From Pseudomonas phage Baskent_P6: a DNA stretch of 64,000 nt. Positions 19,107-30,200 of the stretch are shown piece after piece (the first letter of the stretch is position 1; each line of letters begins with the position of its first letter). Below the pieces are notes generated by a model. That model did not search any database and had not been told where the DNA came from. It saw only the letters and a list, made by a program, of their open reading frames with translations. Location of the stretch: the sequence record PQ415074.1. The stretch is one strand, 5' to 3'. The position numbers and the translations under genes were made by a program.

Positions 19107-21704
19107 ATGTATTCGCCGCGCCCCTACGGACGTTTCGCGGAAGACGCGGAGCTTTCCGCCGACGATGCCGCCGCTGTCGAGCGGCTGGCCAGGAACCTGA
19201 CGAACTTCAAGCAGGCGTCTGACCTCGCCAACCTGAAGCGCGTTGCGGGCCTGCCCAGCGGCCGGCAGGCGGTGGCCATCGACATGGGCGGAGTGTTTCG
19301 CATCCTGGTGCTCGAGCAGCATGAGCTTCCGCAATTCCGTTTCGACGGGGTGGCACAGACCAACATCCCCATGCTGTTCTCCGGCGTCATCACCCGCGCC
19401 CAGGTGCTGACCGATGGGCAGGGCGTTGGCATAAGGTTGACCGAGCAGGCCCGGCGCCGGCTGGTGGCCTACGACCCGAAAGCGGCGCTTCCGCCGAAGG
19501 ACGTGGCGTTGCAACGCTTCGTCATCAAGTACGAACCTCGTTTCCAATACTTCGAGCCGCGCGAGCAGGGCATCTACACATTCACTCAGTACGTCAAGCA
19601 GCGCCCGACCTGGTACAGCGGCGCCATGGCCGAGGTCATGCAGGTGGCTGGCGGATATGGGCGGCAGGTCATGGCCGAACTGCCAGAGGACGACCTTGAG
19701 CGCGCAAGGATGCTGATTCCTGAGCGCTACATGCACCGCATCCGCCAGGAAGTCGGCAACGTTCGGCTGCCGGCCTACACAGGCTTTCCGGACGAGCAAG
19801 GCCAGTTCAAATGTGACTACCTCGCCAGCCGCTGCAACGCCGTCGCTTTCGATGCCGGCAACAGTCCGTGGTTGCTGCAGATCAATGCGCGGGGCGTCTA
19901 CGCGATGCCGCTTCCTGTGGTGCCGGCCACCACCACCGAGGCTTTCCGTGACTACGTGCTGGATGTTGGTGACGACGAGCTGCTGAAGCTTCTGGACCGC
20001 TTCGGCGGCATGCCTACTGGTGAGGGGTTCCCACAGCCGGAACAGGAGTTCGAGGCGTGGCGCCGGGCCGGCGTCATCGTCAAGGTCTGCGACACCGCCG
20101 ACTTCTACAATTTCGAGGCCATGTACGCGGCGTGTGGCTGGGCGGTGAACAGCCGAGGCACCGAGGGCTTCAACACCTGCTGGACCTATGACGACGCCGG
20201 CCTGATGCAGGTCCATGCGTACAAGATGAGTCTGTCGCTGGCCCCGGCGGAGAACCAGGGGCGACTGAAGAACACCTGGAATTTCGATGATCCAGACGAT
20301 GCAGCGAAACTCAACGCCTACCTGGCCCAGGTCTATGGCGCGCTGACCGATGGCACCGCCAGAGAACTGGCCATCAAGTATAAGATTCGGCGGGTGCCGG
20401 CTGGTGAGATTCTCTCGCGCGCCTCTTCGGCCAGCGGCCCGGATCTGGACTACTGGGACAGCCTGGAACTACCTCCCATCGCCACCCACCAGGGCCGAGT
20501 GTCGCGCGTCGCCAGTGGCCCTTTCTACTGGCCGTCCAAGGTCTTGAAGTCCTGCACCCGCCTGAAGTTCCCCGAACTGACGGGGCAGGGGTGCGAGTCC
20601 TTCCCGCACATCTCGCCCGACTATTCCGGCGGCGCAGTGAAGTGCGACACCATAGTCTTCGGCTGCTATGTCGAGGACCAATTGCGTGTCATCAAGTATT
20701 TCTACGACGAACGCAAGTTCCAGCAGGAAACGACAAGTACGTTCGAGCAGTACATGATCGTCGGCCAGTGGGAGAAGACCGAGACCTTCGGCCTCAGCGG
20801 GCTGATGGGGTTCTTCTACACGACCGACTTCGACGATCGGCAGGAGCAGCCGGCGGTAACGGTCCATACCAACATCGTCGGCACCGATATGGGCTACGGC
20901 AACCCGGCTTACTCCACTCCGCCGACGCTTTGGTGCGTCGGCGGCGTGAGCCGGTCCAGGTATTACATGCACCGCACCACGGTAGACACTACCGAGACGT
21001 TTACCCTGGACGTGGCGGCGCTGGTGCCGGTGTTCGAGCGCGATTGCATGCTCTACGCCTACCAGGACCATACCGGGGGACGCAGTTCCCACGAGGAAAC
21101 GACGCAGGGCTCTGTGCCTGATCCCACGTCCTACGAACTCTGGTGCTACGACGACATCTGGCACTGGATGGGGCAGACGCGGAACGGGAACCGGGGCGAC
21201 CCGCCATCCAAGGATGGGGTGCCTGTCTATGTCGACACGCTGGTCTACAGCCCCACCGAAATCAGCGACTTCGCCGAGAGTGGCAACTGGCTGAACCTGC
21301 CACCTGGCGGGTTTCTGGATGTCACGGGCATCTGTGGGCCGTACACCTACCGCAACTCCGTCCACAACGCCAACGGCGTCATCATCGGCGGCGAGGCGCC
21401 AGGCTTCGATCCGTACCGGAAGGACACCCAGTACCCCAACGAGAGTAGCGGGCGCCTGAGTGTGTGCCTGTCCGTGGCCGGCGCTGTTCAGGTCAACAAG
21501 GACATGCCGCACTCGTGGTACTGGGGCTTCTCGCCCGAGAACGACTTTTACTTCTACCGCGACGCCGTGCATGTCGCCATCGGCGACGCCCGGTACGCCA
21601 GCATCTACGAGACGGGCCAGGATGGACTGCGCCGCCGCTGGGGGCATACCGCACTTGCCGATCACAAGGCGGCCCACCACTTCATAGGGGTTATCAATGA
21701 GTGA
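19107..21704 (+). CDS. Large tail protein (tailspike/fibre candidate), 865 aa
   Basis: Long ORF in the structural operon. Confidence 0.55.
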   Translation: MYSPRPYGRFAEDAELSADDAAAVERLARNLTNFKQASDLANLKRVAGLPSGRQAVAIDMGGVFRILVLEQHELPQFRFDGVAQTNIPMLFSGVITRAQVLTDGQGVGIRLTEQARRRLVAYDPKAALPPKDVALQRFVIKYEPRFQYFEPREQGIYTFTQYVKQRPTWYSGAMAEVMQVAGGYGRQVMAELPEDDLERARMLIPERYMHRIRQEVGNVRLPAYTGFPDEQGQFKCDYLASRCNAVAFDAGNSPWLLQINARGVYAMPLPVVPATTTEAFRDYVLDVGDDELLKLLDRFGGMPTGEGFPQPEQEFEAWRRAGVIVKVCDTADFYNFEAMYAACGWAVNSRGTEGFNTCWTYDDAGLMQVHAYKMSLSLAPAENQGRLKNTWNFDDPDDAAKLNAYLAQVYGALTDGTARELAIKYKIRRVPAGEILSRASSASGPDLDYWDSLELPPIATHQGRVSRVASGPFYWPSKVLKSCTRLKFPELTGQGCESFPHISPDYSGGAVKCDTIVFGCYVEDQLRVIKYFYDERKFQQETTSTFEQYMIVGQWEKTETFGLSGLMGFFYTTDFDDRQEQPAVTVHTNIVGTDMGYGNPAYSTPPTLWCVGGVSRSRYYMHRTTVDTTETFTLDVAALVPVFERDCMLYAYQDHTGGRSSHEETTQGSVPDPTSYELWCYDDIWHWMGQTRNGNRGDPPSKDGVPVYVDTLVYSPTEISDFAESGNWLNLPPGGFLDVTGICGPYTYRNSVHNANGVIIGGEAPGFDPYRKDTQYPNESSGRLSVCLSVAGAVQVNKDMPHSWYWGFSPENDFYFYRDAVHVAIGDARYASIYETGQDGLRRRWGHTALADHKAAHHFIGVINE

Positions 21705-22860
21705 CTACCGCGACGATTCCAACGACACGGCGGTAATCAGCGACTCGGCCTGGATCGGCCTGACCGCGATCAGCGAGGGAACCGCCAGGATCAGCGAGAC
21801 GGTGCTGTTCGGCCTGCTGGTGCTGCATACCGACACCGCGGTGGCTTCCGACGAGGCAATTGACCGTCCGGGGCACCTCCTGGCGGACCAAGCACACGCC
21901 AGCGACGAGGTGACCGACCAGTTGCGCGCCAGGGTGCTGGTGGTTGAAACGGCTACGGCGGGTGATCGCGTCACCGGCACGCTGCGCGTGCTGTATACCG
22001 ATGGTGCAGTGGTCTCCGATGCCGTGATAGAGCGCGTTCGCAGCCTGGCCGTGGACAACGCCCACCTGAGCGACGAGGCGCTGGGCACCCGCCACACCTT
22101 CACGCTGGTGGTCGATTCCGCGCGCATCAGCGACAGCACGGGCCAGGTCGCTGCCGCGCTGTTCGAAGACAGCGCCCTGGCGAGCGACGAGGCTTTCGGC
22201 AGGCTGCATGCTCGCGTGTTGCTGACGGACACCGCCGCGCTATCCGACGAGGTGCTGGACGCCCATCAGGCCGTCCAGGAACTGCTGGTTGATGGCGCCC
22301 GCGTCGCCGCCATGGTACTGGACCACCTGGCCGCACGTGACCTAGTGACGGACTTCGCTCTGGTCGATGGCGAACCCGTGGGCGGCGAGCAGGACGGCGG
22401 CCTGGCTTGGACGGCCAACGTCGATAGCTGGGCCATGAGCCGCTATGCCCCGTACACCTTCAGCTCGCTGGCAGTGATCGACGGCAAGGTCTACGGTATC
22501 GCTGCGGATGGCGTCTATGCCCTGGAAGGCGGCAGCGACGCCGTGGCGGGCAGCATCACCACCGGAAAGTTGGACCTGGGGCAGGGCGCACTAGTGCATC
22601 CGCATACCGCCTACTTGGAATACGACCTGGCCGCCGGCGGCCAGGTCACCATGGACGTGACCACCACGCAAAGCGGCGCCGCCGCGACCTACAGCTACCC
22701 GCTAGAGAGCGAGCCCGCCGACGAACTGACTAACGGCCGGTTCAAGTTCGGCCGCGGCCTGCGCGGCAGGCACTTCGCCTTCACGCTGCGCTTGACGGGC
22801 CAGCGCGCCTACATCAACGACTTGAGCGTCGAATCGGCGCCGACCAACAGGAGAGTGTGA
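21697..22860 (+). CDS. Repeat-containing tail protein, 387 aa
   Basis: Eight or more periodic (about 20-aa) repeats of the type (T/A)A(V/L)(A/I)SDEx(x)(D/G)(R/T/Q). Confidence 0.55.
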   Translation: MSDYRDDSNDTAVISDSAWIGLTAISEGTARISETVLFGLLVLHTDTAVASDEAIDRPGHLLADQAHASDEVTDQLRARVLVVETATAGDRVTGTLRVLYTDGAVVSDAVIERVRSLAVDNAHLSDEALGTRHTFTLVVDSARISDSTGQVAAALFEDSALASDEAFGRLHARVLLTDTAALSDEVLDAHQAVQELLVDGARVAAMVLDHLAARDLVTDFALVDGEPVGGEQDGGLAWTANVDSWAMSRYAPYTFSSLAVIDGKVYGIAADGVYALEGGSDAVAGSITTGKLDLGQGALVHPHTAYLEYDLAAGGQVTMDVTTTQSGAAATYSYPLESEPADELTNGRFKFGRGLRGRHFAFTLRLTGQRAYINDLSVESAPTNRRV

Positions 22861-24753
22861 ATGGGTATCGCACCGGATAGTATCCTTGGCGTAGCGGTGG
22901 ACACCGTTACGGACAAGATGAACGATCTTGAGGCGCTGGGCAGCAAGTACAGCGCAGAACTGTCCGCCGCGCTGGCGAAGATCGGCGACATCACGGTGGC
23001 TGACGTGCCGGCACCGACGCGGCCGGATGCGCCTATCGCTTCGCCGCCGCCCGTCAACCTGGGCGAGCAGCCGACCTACAACCCGTCTTCGCTGGTCAAG
23101 CCGGAAGCCCCTGGCGGCCTGAACATCGACGACCTGCTGGCCGACCTGGACGTGGGCGACATGGACGACCTGCCCGACGCGCCGACCATGATCCCGATCA
23201 ACATCCCGGACGCGCCGAGCATGACGGCCATCCCGGTGCCGGAACGCCCGGACATCGACACCACGGTGGAGATTCCCGACGCGCCGCAGATCGCCATGCC
23301 GGACATGGAAGTGCTGGAACAGATCCGCCTGCCGGAATTCGTGTTCCCCGAGTTGCCCACGTTCGATGCCACGCCGCCGGACGCGAGCGGGATCACGGTG
23401 CCCAACGTCTTCATCAACTGGCTGGAACCGGAGTACCAGTCCGAGGTGCTGGACGAGTTGCAAGCGAAGATCAAGGAACTGATGGCGGGCGGCACCGGCC
23501 TGCCTGTACCCATCGAGCAGGCGCTGTTCGCCCGCTCCCGCGAGCGCGACAGCGGTGAAACCACCCGCGCCGTGCAGGAGGCGGTTGATACCTGGGCCGC
23601 CCGTAACTTCTCCATGCCGCCGGGGATGCTCGCCAGGCAGGTGGACGTGGTGCGCGAGCAGGGCCGGCTGAAAGCGGCCGAGCTGAACCGCGACATCCTA
23701 GTTCAGGCGGCCACCTGGGAAATCGAGAACCTGCGCTTCGCCGTGCAGCAGGGCCTGGCCCTCGAGCAGTTGACCGAGAACATGCACCAGAACATGGCGC
23801 AGCGCCTGTTCGAGGTCGCCCGCTTCCACGCGGAAAGCCAGATCAACGTGTTCAACGCGCAGATCAGCCTGTTCAACGCGCAGAACGCGGCCTTCGAGAC
23901 GCTGGCGCAGGTCTACCGCACCAAGCTGGATGCGGCTATCTCCAAGCTGACTGCCTACAAGACCGCCGTGGAGGGCCAGGTGGCGCTGGGGCAGATCAAC
24001 CAGCAGCGCGTCGAGGTGTTCAAGGCCAAGCTGGACGCCGTACAGTCGAGCGTCGAGGTCTACAAGGCGCTGATGCAGGGCGCTTCAGTGCGCGCCGAGA
24101 CGATCAAGAACCAGTTCGATGCCTACCGCGCAGACGTGCAGGCGTATGCCGAGCAGATCGGCGCCGAGAAGGTCAAGTTCGACGCCTACGAGGCCCGCGT
24201 CAAGGGCGAGTCGGCCAAGGCGGATGTGCTCGATGCGCAGGCCCGTGCCTACGCTTCAACCATCCAGGGGCTGGCGAACAAGGCCGATGTCAAGGTCAAG
24301 GGAGCGCAGATCAGGATGGAAGCGGCGCGCACCAAGGTGTCGAAGTTCTTGGCCGACGTGGACGCCTACAAGGCCACCCTGCAGGCCAACCTGAGCGAGG
24401 TGCAGTACAACACGTCGGTGTTCCAGGCCCAAGTAGAAGCCTGGCGCGCAGCGGCCAGTGCCAACGTGGCCGACGCCGAAATGCAATCTCGCTTTGCCGA
24501 CATGAACAGTCGGACCAACATCGCTTACGCGGAAATGCAGATCAGCGAGTACACGGCGAAGATGCAGAACGCTGTACAGCAGGCTCAGATCGCTCTGGAG
24601 GCGGCGAAGGCCCTGGGGCAATACACCGCTCAGCTCGCAGCCGGTGCCATGTCGGCGGCACATGTATCGGCCAGCATCAGCGGAACCGGAAGTGCCAGTA
24701 CTCAGGAAAGCAAGAGCGAAAGCACGCAGACCAGTTACAACTACAGCTATTGA
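22861..24753 (+). CDS. Internal virion / ejection protein candidate, 630 aa
   Basis: Pro-rich N-terminus, then a long alpha-helical Ala/Gln-rich region; RBS AGGAG; precedes the other large internal proteins. Confidence 0.5.
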   Translation: MGIAPDSILGVAVDTVTDKMNDLEALGSKYSAELSAALAKIGDITVADVPAPTRPDAPIASPPPVNLGEQPTYNPSSLVKPEAPGGLNIDDLLADLDVGDMDDLPDAPTMIPINIPDAPSMTAIPVPERPDIDTTVEIPDAPQIAMPDMEVLEQIRLPEFVFPELPTFDATPPDASGITVPNVFINWLEPEYQSEVLDELQAKIKELMAGGTGLPVPIEQALFARSRERDSGETTRAVQEAVDTWAARNFSMPPGMLARQVDVVREQGRLKAAELNRDILVQAATWEIENLRFAVQQGLALEQLTENMHQNMAQRLFEVARFHAESQINVFNAQISLFNAQNAAFETLAQVYRTKLDAAISKLTAYKTAVEGQVALGQINQQRVEVFKAKLDAVQSSVEVYKALMQGASVRAETIKNQFDAYRADVQAYAEQIGAEKVKFDAYEARVKGESAKADVLDAQARAYASTIQGLANKADVKVKGAQIRMEAARTKVSKFLADVDAYKATLQANLSEVQYNTSVFQAQVEAWRAAASANVADAEMQSRFADMNSRTNIAYAEMQISEYTAKMQNAVQQAQIALEAAKALGQYTAQLAAGAMSAAHVSASISGTGSASTQESKSESTQTSYNYSY

Positions 24754-24818
24754 TGGCCAGGATCTGACTTGGGATATATTCAGCGCTTTCATTGTGTCCA
24801 CGGCTATAAGGAAGAGTC

Positions 24819-25010
24819 ATGCACAGAGTCGTCGCTAGGCTTTTGGGGGCAGTAATTGCGCTGTTTACCCCAATATTGGTTTTTGCAGACAAATACGGGG
24901 TTGATGAGTCAATTCGCGAAAGCTCGGGGAACCTAGAGTTAAGAGACGTAGTTGTCGGGGCTATTATAATTTTTGGTCTTATCTGGATTTGGAAGAAGAT
25001 TACCGGGTAA
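24819..25010 (+). CDS. Small 2-TM membrane protein (63 aa), low-GC moron
   Basis: RBS AAGGAAGAG 5 nt before ATG; two hydrophobic segments (LLGAVIALFTPILVF and VVVGAIIIFGLIWIW); local GC about 45% versus about 63% for the flanks. Confidence 0.45.
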   Translation: MHRVVARLLGAVIALFTPILVFADKYGVDESIRESSGNLELRDVVVGAIIIFGLIWIWKKITG

Positions 25011-25109
25011 ACACATAGCCAAACGCTCCGCCCCCCGTAGGGTTAGCTCCGAAGCGGCCTGGACCGGAATATTGAACCGGTATCCAGGCCGTTTCTTTAG
25101 GGGCTTCAC

Positions 25110-27284
25110 ATGTACGGGTTCAAGAAGGGCGCCAAGCCCAAGCAACGATTTGCAGATGGTGGGCGGGTGCGTGGTCCAGGCACTGGCACCTCCGACGACA
25201 TCGACACCGAGGTACCTGCGGGCAGCTACATCATGCCGGCCGACTCGACCGAGCAGATTGGGGAAGCGGCGTTGCAGGGTATGGGGGCGCCGGTCCCGGT
25301 CAGCCTGAGTAACGGCGAGTACCAGATGCCTCCCGAGCAGGTTCACGCCGTTGGCGTGCAGGCGCTGGACGCTGTGAAGAATGCCACTCATGTGCCGGTA
25401 GCCCAGCAGGCAAAAGGGTTCTCTCCGCGTAAAAGGGGAGGGAATGGCGCCGAGAAGCCAGAATTGTTCTTCGCCGACGGCGGGGTTGTTGATGGAGAGC
25501 GCAAAAAGCAGACCCGTTTCGACATCACCAACACGCCCGCCGCCCAGCGTGCTGCTGGCGTTGTGCCGGAGGCATCGGCTCCCGTAGCCACCAGCGGCTA
25601 CAGTGCAGACCCCACCATGGCAAGGGCGCAGGCCAATATCGATGCTGAACGGCAAGCAATGGCTGTGCATCGGCAGCGCACTGCTGATGCCGCGAATCTT
25701 CAGCCAGGAGTGGCGCCTGGCTACAGCGACAACCTCTATACCGCCAACGCCCAGGCACGTTCGGATGCAGCCCGACAGCAACAGGCTGTGGCGCAGTCCG
25801 GTGCGCTGCCAGATGCGCCGTCGGCGCAAGGCTTCGCGCCCTCGCGACAAGGTAATGACCCGGCCAGAGCTGCAAGGATGCAGGCTCAGTTTGATCAACC
25901 GGTAACGGGCCCTGATCGATCTAAAGCTGCTGGTTTCACTCCGCAATACCGCACCGAGGGACCAGGCTGGCGAACCGATTCGGTTCTTCGCGGGACGGGT
26001 GACGACGTAGCGCAGCAGTGGGCATCGGGTGAGTATGCCCGTGGCTTTGGAACTGGCGTGCGTGGGGCTCTTGCGGCGGTTCCCGCAGCGTTCGCTGATG
26101 CTGGTGAGGATGTCGGTCGACTGGCGGAACCGGTGGTCAACTTCGGTAAAGGGCTATTCGGATGGAATGACACTCCGCCGGCGCTTCGTGGTCAGCAGGC
26201 AGCCCAGGGTGCAGCGGCGCCAAGTTCCAGTGCTGCGCTGGGGCGAGGCCAGGTGTTGCCGGCTGCTGGTGCGCCAACCGGGGCGCTGGAGTCGGCGGCG
26301 AATACTGGAGCCGCTATGCCAAGCGCCGGAGGCTCGGACCTGCCCAACAACGTGACGCGAGTGGGTAACAGCTTCTCCGGTACAACAATCCGCCCAGGCT
26401 ACACCGTTAACGGGGAGGCTCAAGCTGCCGGGTTCACCCCAGGTGGTCAGCGGAGTGCTCAAAACCAACGCGCAGTGGAGAACCTGCTGGCCCGAACGCC
26501 TGATGTTGGTATGGGGTTCAGGCCGAGTTCTGTCTCCCAGGTACCGCCGATGGCCCCGGACGCGTTGGCTCAGTACAACGCCGGTAACTCCGGCGCGCCT
26601 CGGGTAACCGTGGTTCCCGATAGCTCTCGGGCCGATAGCGTTCGCCAAGCCGCCTTGAATGCAGCCTCAACACCTTATCGCGGTTCGCCGAACGGGCAGT
26701 TAACTGCCCGCCAGATCGACAACCTGTTCCGGCTGCAGCAGAGCGATGACCGCAATGCTACGTCCCTGGCGAGCATTCGAGCGAATAACGACACGGCCTT
26801 GGCGCGGGAGCAGGTGCAGCAGCAGGGCGCCAATCAGCGCGCGGCCCTACAGGAAATGGGGCAGGGCGCGCGCTTCCTCGCCTCCAACGAACTCGATCGC
26901 CAGCGCCTGGCTGGTGAGCAAGAGGCCAGGGGCTTCCAAACCCGCGCCGCCCAGCGCATCGAGAAGCTGTACGAGCAGTACGACAAGGCTGCTCCCGAAG
27001 ACCGAGCCGCGATCGCCGAACAGATTCGTGTGCTAGCCGGTAAGGACGCTCCGAATCGCTTCACCGTGGTACCCGGCGGCCAGGAGTACGACCCACAGGC
27101 CATGCAACTTCTGACGCGCCCTGCACGAGTACTCAACAATCAGACCGGCCAATTTATCGACCAGCAGGGCCAGCCGGCAGCGGCCGCCGGCGGAATCCCG
27201 CAGCCGAAGACTGCGGCCGAATACGAGGCCCTTCCCAAGGGCACCCAGTACATGAAAGACGGCCAACTGCGCGTCAAGGGCTAA
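25110..27284 (+). CDS. Low-complexity internal virion/ejection protein candidate, 724 aa
   Basis: Gly/Ala/Gln-rich and mostly disordered-like; repeated FADGG motif near the N-terminus; immediately upstream of the giant gene. Confidence 0.55.
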   Translation: MYGFKKGAKPKQRFADGGRVRGPGTGTSDDIDTEVPAGSYIMPADSTEQIGEAALQGMGAPVPVSLSNGEYQMPPEQVHAVGVQALDAVKNATHVPVAQQAKGFSPRKRGGNGAEKPELFFADGGVVDGERKKQTRFDITNTPAAQRAAGVVPEASAPVATSGYSADPTMARAQANIDAERQAMAVHRQRTADAANLQPGVAPGYSDNLYTANAQARSDAARQQQAVAQSGALPDAPSAQGFAPSRQGNDPARAARMQAQFDQPVTGPDRSKAAGFTPQYRTEGPGWRTDSVLRGTGDDVAQQWASGEYARGFGTGVRGALAAVPAAFADAGEDVGRLAEPVVNFGKGLFGWNDTPPALRGQQAAQGAAAPSSSAALGRGQVLPAAGAPTGALESAANTGAAMPSAGGSDLPNNVTRVGNSFSGTTIRPGYTVNGEAQAAGFTPGGQRSAQNQRAVENLLARTPDVGMGFRPSSVSQVPPMAPDALAQYNAGNSGAPRVTVVPDSSRADSVRQAALNAASTPYRGSPNGQLTARQIDNLFRLQQSDDRNATSLASIRANNDTALAREQVQQQGANQRAALQEMGQGARFLASNELDRQRLAGEQEARGFQTRAAQRIEKLYEQYDKAAPEDRAAIAEQIRVLAGKDAPNRFTVVPGGQEYDPQAMQLLTRPARVLNNQTGQFIDQQGQPAAAAGGIPQPKTAAEYEALPKGTQYMKDGQLRVKG

Positions 27285-27299
27285 GAGAGTACAGAGGAC

Positions 27300-30200
27300 A
27301 TGGCAGATACCTGGGGCGAGAACGACAAGATCGTGGATACCGCGGACTTCGGTGCGAACGACGAGGTGGTTGGCAAGGGGGAAGAGGGTCGCGGTGTTAT
27401 AGGGCATGCGCGCGACCTCGGCCTGTCTGTGGCCAAGGGGGTGATTGGGGTTCCGGAAGCGGCTGTTGGCCTCGCTGATATCCCAACAGAGGGCCGCGTA
27501 GGTAAGTTCCTCGAGAACCAGGACGGCATGCTCGGCTTCCGGCCCCGGGAGGCGAAGGATTTCCTGAGTGATCTGCACACCGATCAGTACAAACAGCAAC
27601 AGCAGGACTTTCAGGATGCTGATGGCGTCGTAGACAAGACGCTGCATGCTGTACAGAACCCGTCGATGGTCGTGAACACCGTAGCGGAGTCTTTGCCTTC
27701 CATGTTGGCGGGGGGCGCGGTCGGTCGTGGCGTTCGGGCGCTGGCTCCAGCGTTGGCACCTGTGGCAGCCGGCGCGGCTGGCGAAGGGGCGGTTATGGCT
27801 GGTCAGCAAGCAGAGCAGATCCGCCAAGAAACTGATGACGGCTTGCTCACTCCGGCGCAGTCGGGAGCTGCGGTGGCCACTGGTGTGTTGGGAAGTCTGT
27901 TTTCCCTTGCCGGCGGTAGCTTGGCCAAGAAACTGGGTATCGGTGATGCGGATACCCTCCTCGCTGGTGGTGCCAACCCAGGACAACTGGTCAGCGAGCT
28001 GGCGTCCATGCCGGCGAAGAGCATTCCGCGGAAGGTGATAGAGGGCGCAATCTCCGAGGGCTTCCTTGAGGAACTGCCACAGTCCGCATCTGAGCAGGTT
28101 CTGCAAAACCTGGCGCTGGGACGGGACTGGGCCAGCGGCCTGGATGAAGCGATGGTAATGGGAACGCTGGCCGGGATGGCCATGGGTGGGCCGGCGGCGG
28201 TTCTACATGGCGGTCAGCCGGCAGCGTCCCGTGGCCTGGCGGATGCGGACGCTACCTTCGAGAGTACCCCGGGCCTTGAGGGGCAGACCGAGACGACTGC
28301 GCCACTGGCACTCCCAGCTCCAGTGTATGAGGCTGGTTCTGACGGCCAGGTCCGGACCACGGTCGACCAGAACTCCGCTACCCAGGCACAGCGTCAGCAA
28401 GAGGCTGAACGTCTGGACCGAATCCGTCGAGGTGAAGTCACCGATGTGACTCCGGTCCCGGCGGCCCCAAAGCGCTCCGAGCAGATGGGTCTGGACCCGG
28501 CTGTTGGGCCACTGTCTGGTGCTGCTGCGCAGGCCGTGGACAGTGGCGCAACTGACCAGATGGTGCAACAAGCCGCGCTCCAGCAGGCAGCCGAGGAGGC
28601 GCAGAAGAGCGGCAGGAAAGGTGATCAGGTCAACCCGGAAACCGGTGAGATTACAGCGGAGCAGGGTGATCTGCTGGCATCCGATCCTGTCACCGATCTG
28701 CAGGGCCGCTTGGAATTTGTACGCCGGCAAGCCCGTGCCACCGGATGGGACGCGAAGAAAATCGCCGAGCGCGATCGCTTGCAGGAGGAACTGGACAAGC
28801 TCGCGCCAGCGCCGGATGCCGGCTACATGCAGCGCGTCGGTGAGCGCGTGAAGCGTATCGAGGCCGCGCAGAGCCCCGATGAAATTGCCGCGATCCTCGC
28901 CGAGGATCAGCAGGATGAGCAGCGCCACCAGAACGCCGCTGGCCGGGTGGAGCTAGCCGCCCGCGCTCGCGGCTTCGCCCTGGACCAGGCGGCGCAGCAG
29001 CAAGCCCCGACGCCAATCGGCGTGCAGGACGACATCCAGCAGGCCCAAGGCAAGGCTGACGCGCAGCAGGCGCAAGCCGCACAACCGGCTGTATCGCTGG
29101 CGCCGGCAGCGGAATCCGTACCGGCAGCACCTGCGACCGAGGCGAAAGCGACCAACCTGAAGGACGCCATTTCGAAGGTACGCCAGGCCAAACAGAAGCC
29201 CGAGCAGCCTGCGGCGCTGCAGGCCGTGCGTCGCGGAGAGGTGGGCGGAAAGCTGGGCAGTGGCGAAGTAGTGACCACCAGCAGCGGGCGGCAGACGACG
29301 CCTTTCCCGAAGGTCAGCGTGGACTCCAGCCGCAAGGCGACCAGCACCATCAAGGCCGTGGACCAGTGGCTGATGCAGAATGCCCTGGATGAAGCGCGCT
29401 CGCGCGGCGACGAGTTCAACGCGCGCCAGTTCGAGGCGAACCTGGCGAAGCCGCAGCGGGCCGATAAGGACGCTGCCGAGGAATACCTGTTCGGCCAACA
29501 GCCTGCTGTGCAGCCCCGCGTGCTGAAGCCACTGGCGCCGAAGTCTACCGCCACCGACAACAGCGCAAGCTGGGTCATCCGAAACAAGGAAACCGGTGAG
29601 GTGATCGCGGAAACGTTCGACCGTAAGAAGGTTGACGCGCTCAACACCGAGAAATACGAAGCGGTGCCGATCCAGCAGCACCTGGCGAGCCTGAACAAGC
29701 CCAAGGTGCCCAGCATCGAAGGCAAGGACATCGGCGAAGGGTGGGCGGAGTTCAGCAAGGAATCGGGCACCGTGGGTATCCCTCGCGCCGACATGCCGCA
29801 GATCAAGGCCGAGCACCGCGGCGCGATGGTGAACTTCCTGAGCGCTCGTGGCGTGCAGCATCAGGAAGAGACAGTTCCCGCAGATACCCTCAAACCGACG
29901 CAGGCTGAATTCAGCCGCGACAAGGTGGCGAAGGCCAAGGACTTCGAGGGTGGCAACCGCTCCATCTTGGTTTCGCGCGAAGGCAACGTGTTGGATGGGC
30001 ATCACCAGTGGATGGCCGCCCGCGACAACGGCGAAGAGGTGAGGGTGATTCGCCTGGATGCCCCCATCCGCGACCTGGTGAAACTGGCCCACGAGTTTCC
30101 CAGTTCCACCACCGATGCCAGCAGCGGGCAGGGTGCCACGGTTGACGCGAGACAGGTGAGGCCCGTGCCTGAGCCAGCCGCTCCTGATGTGCCGAAGAAG

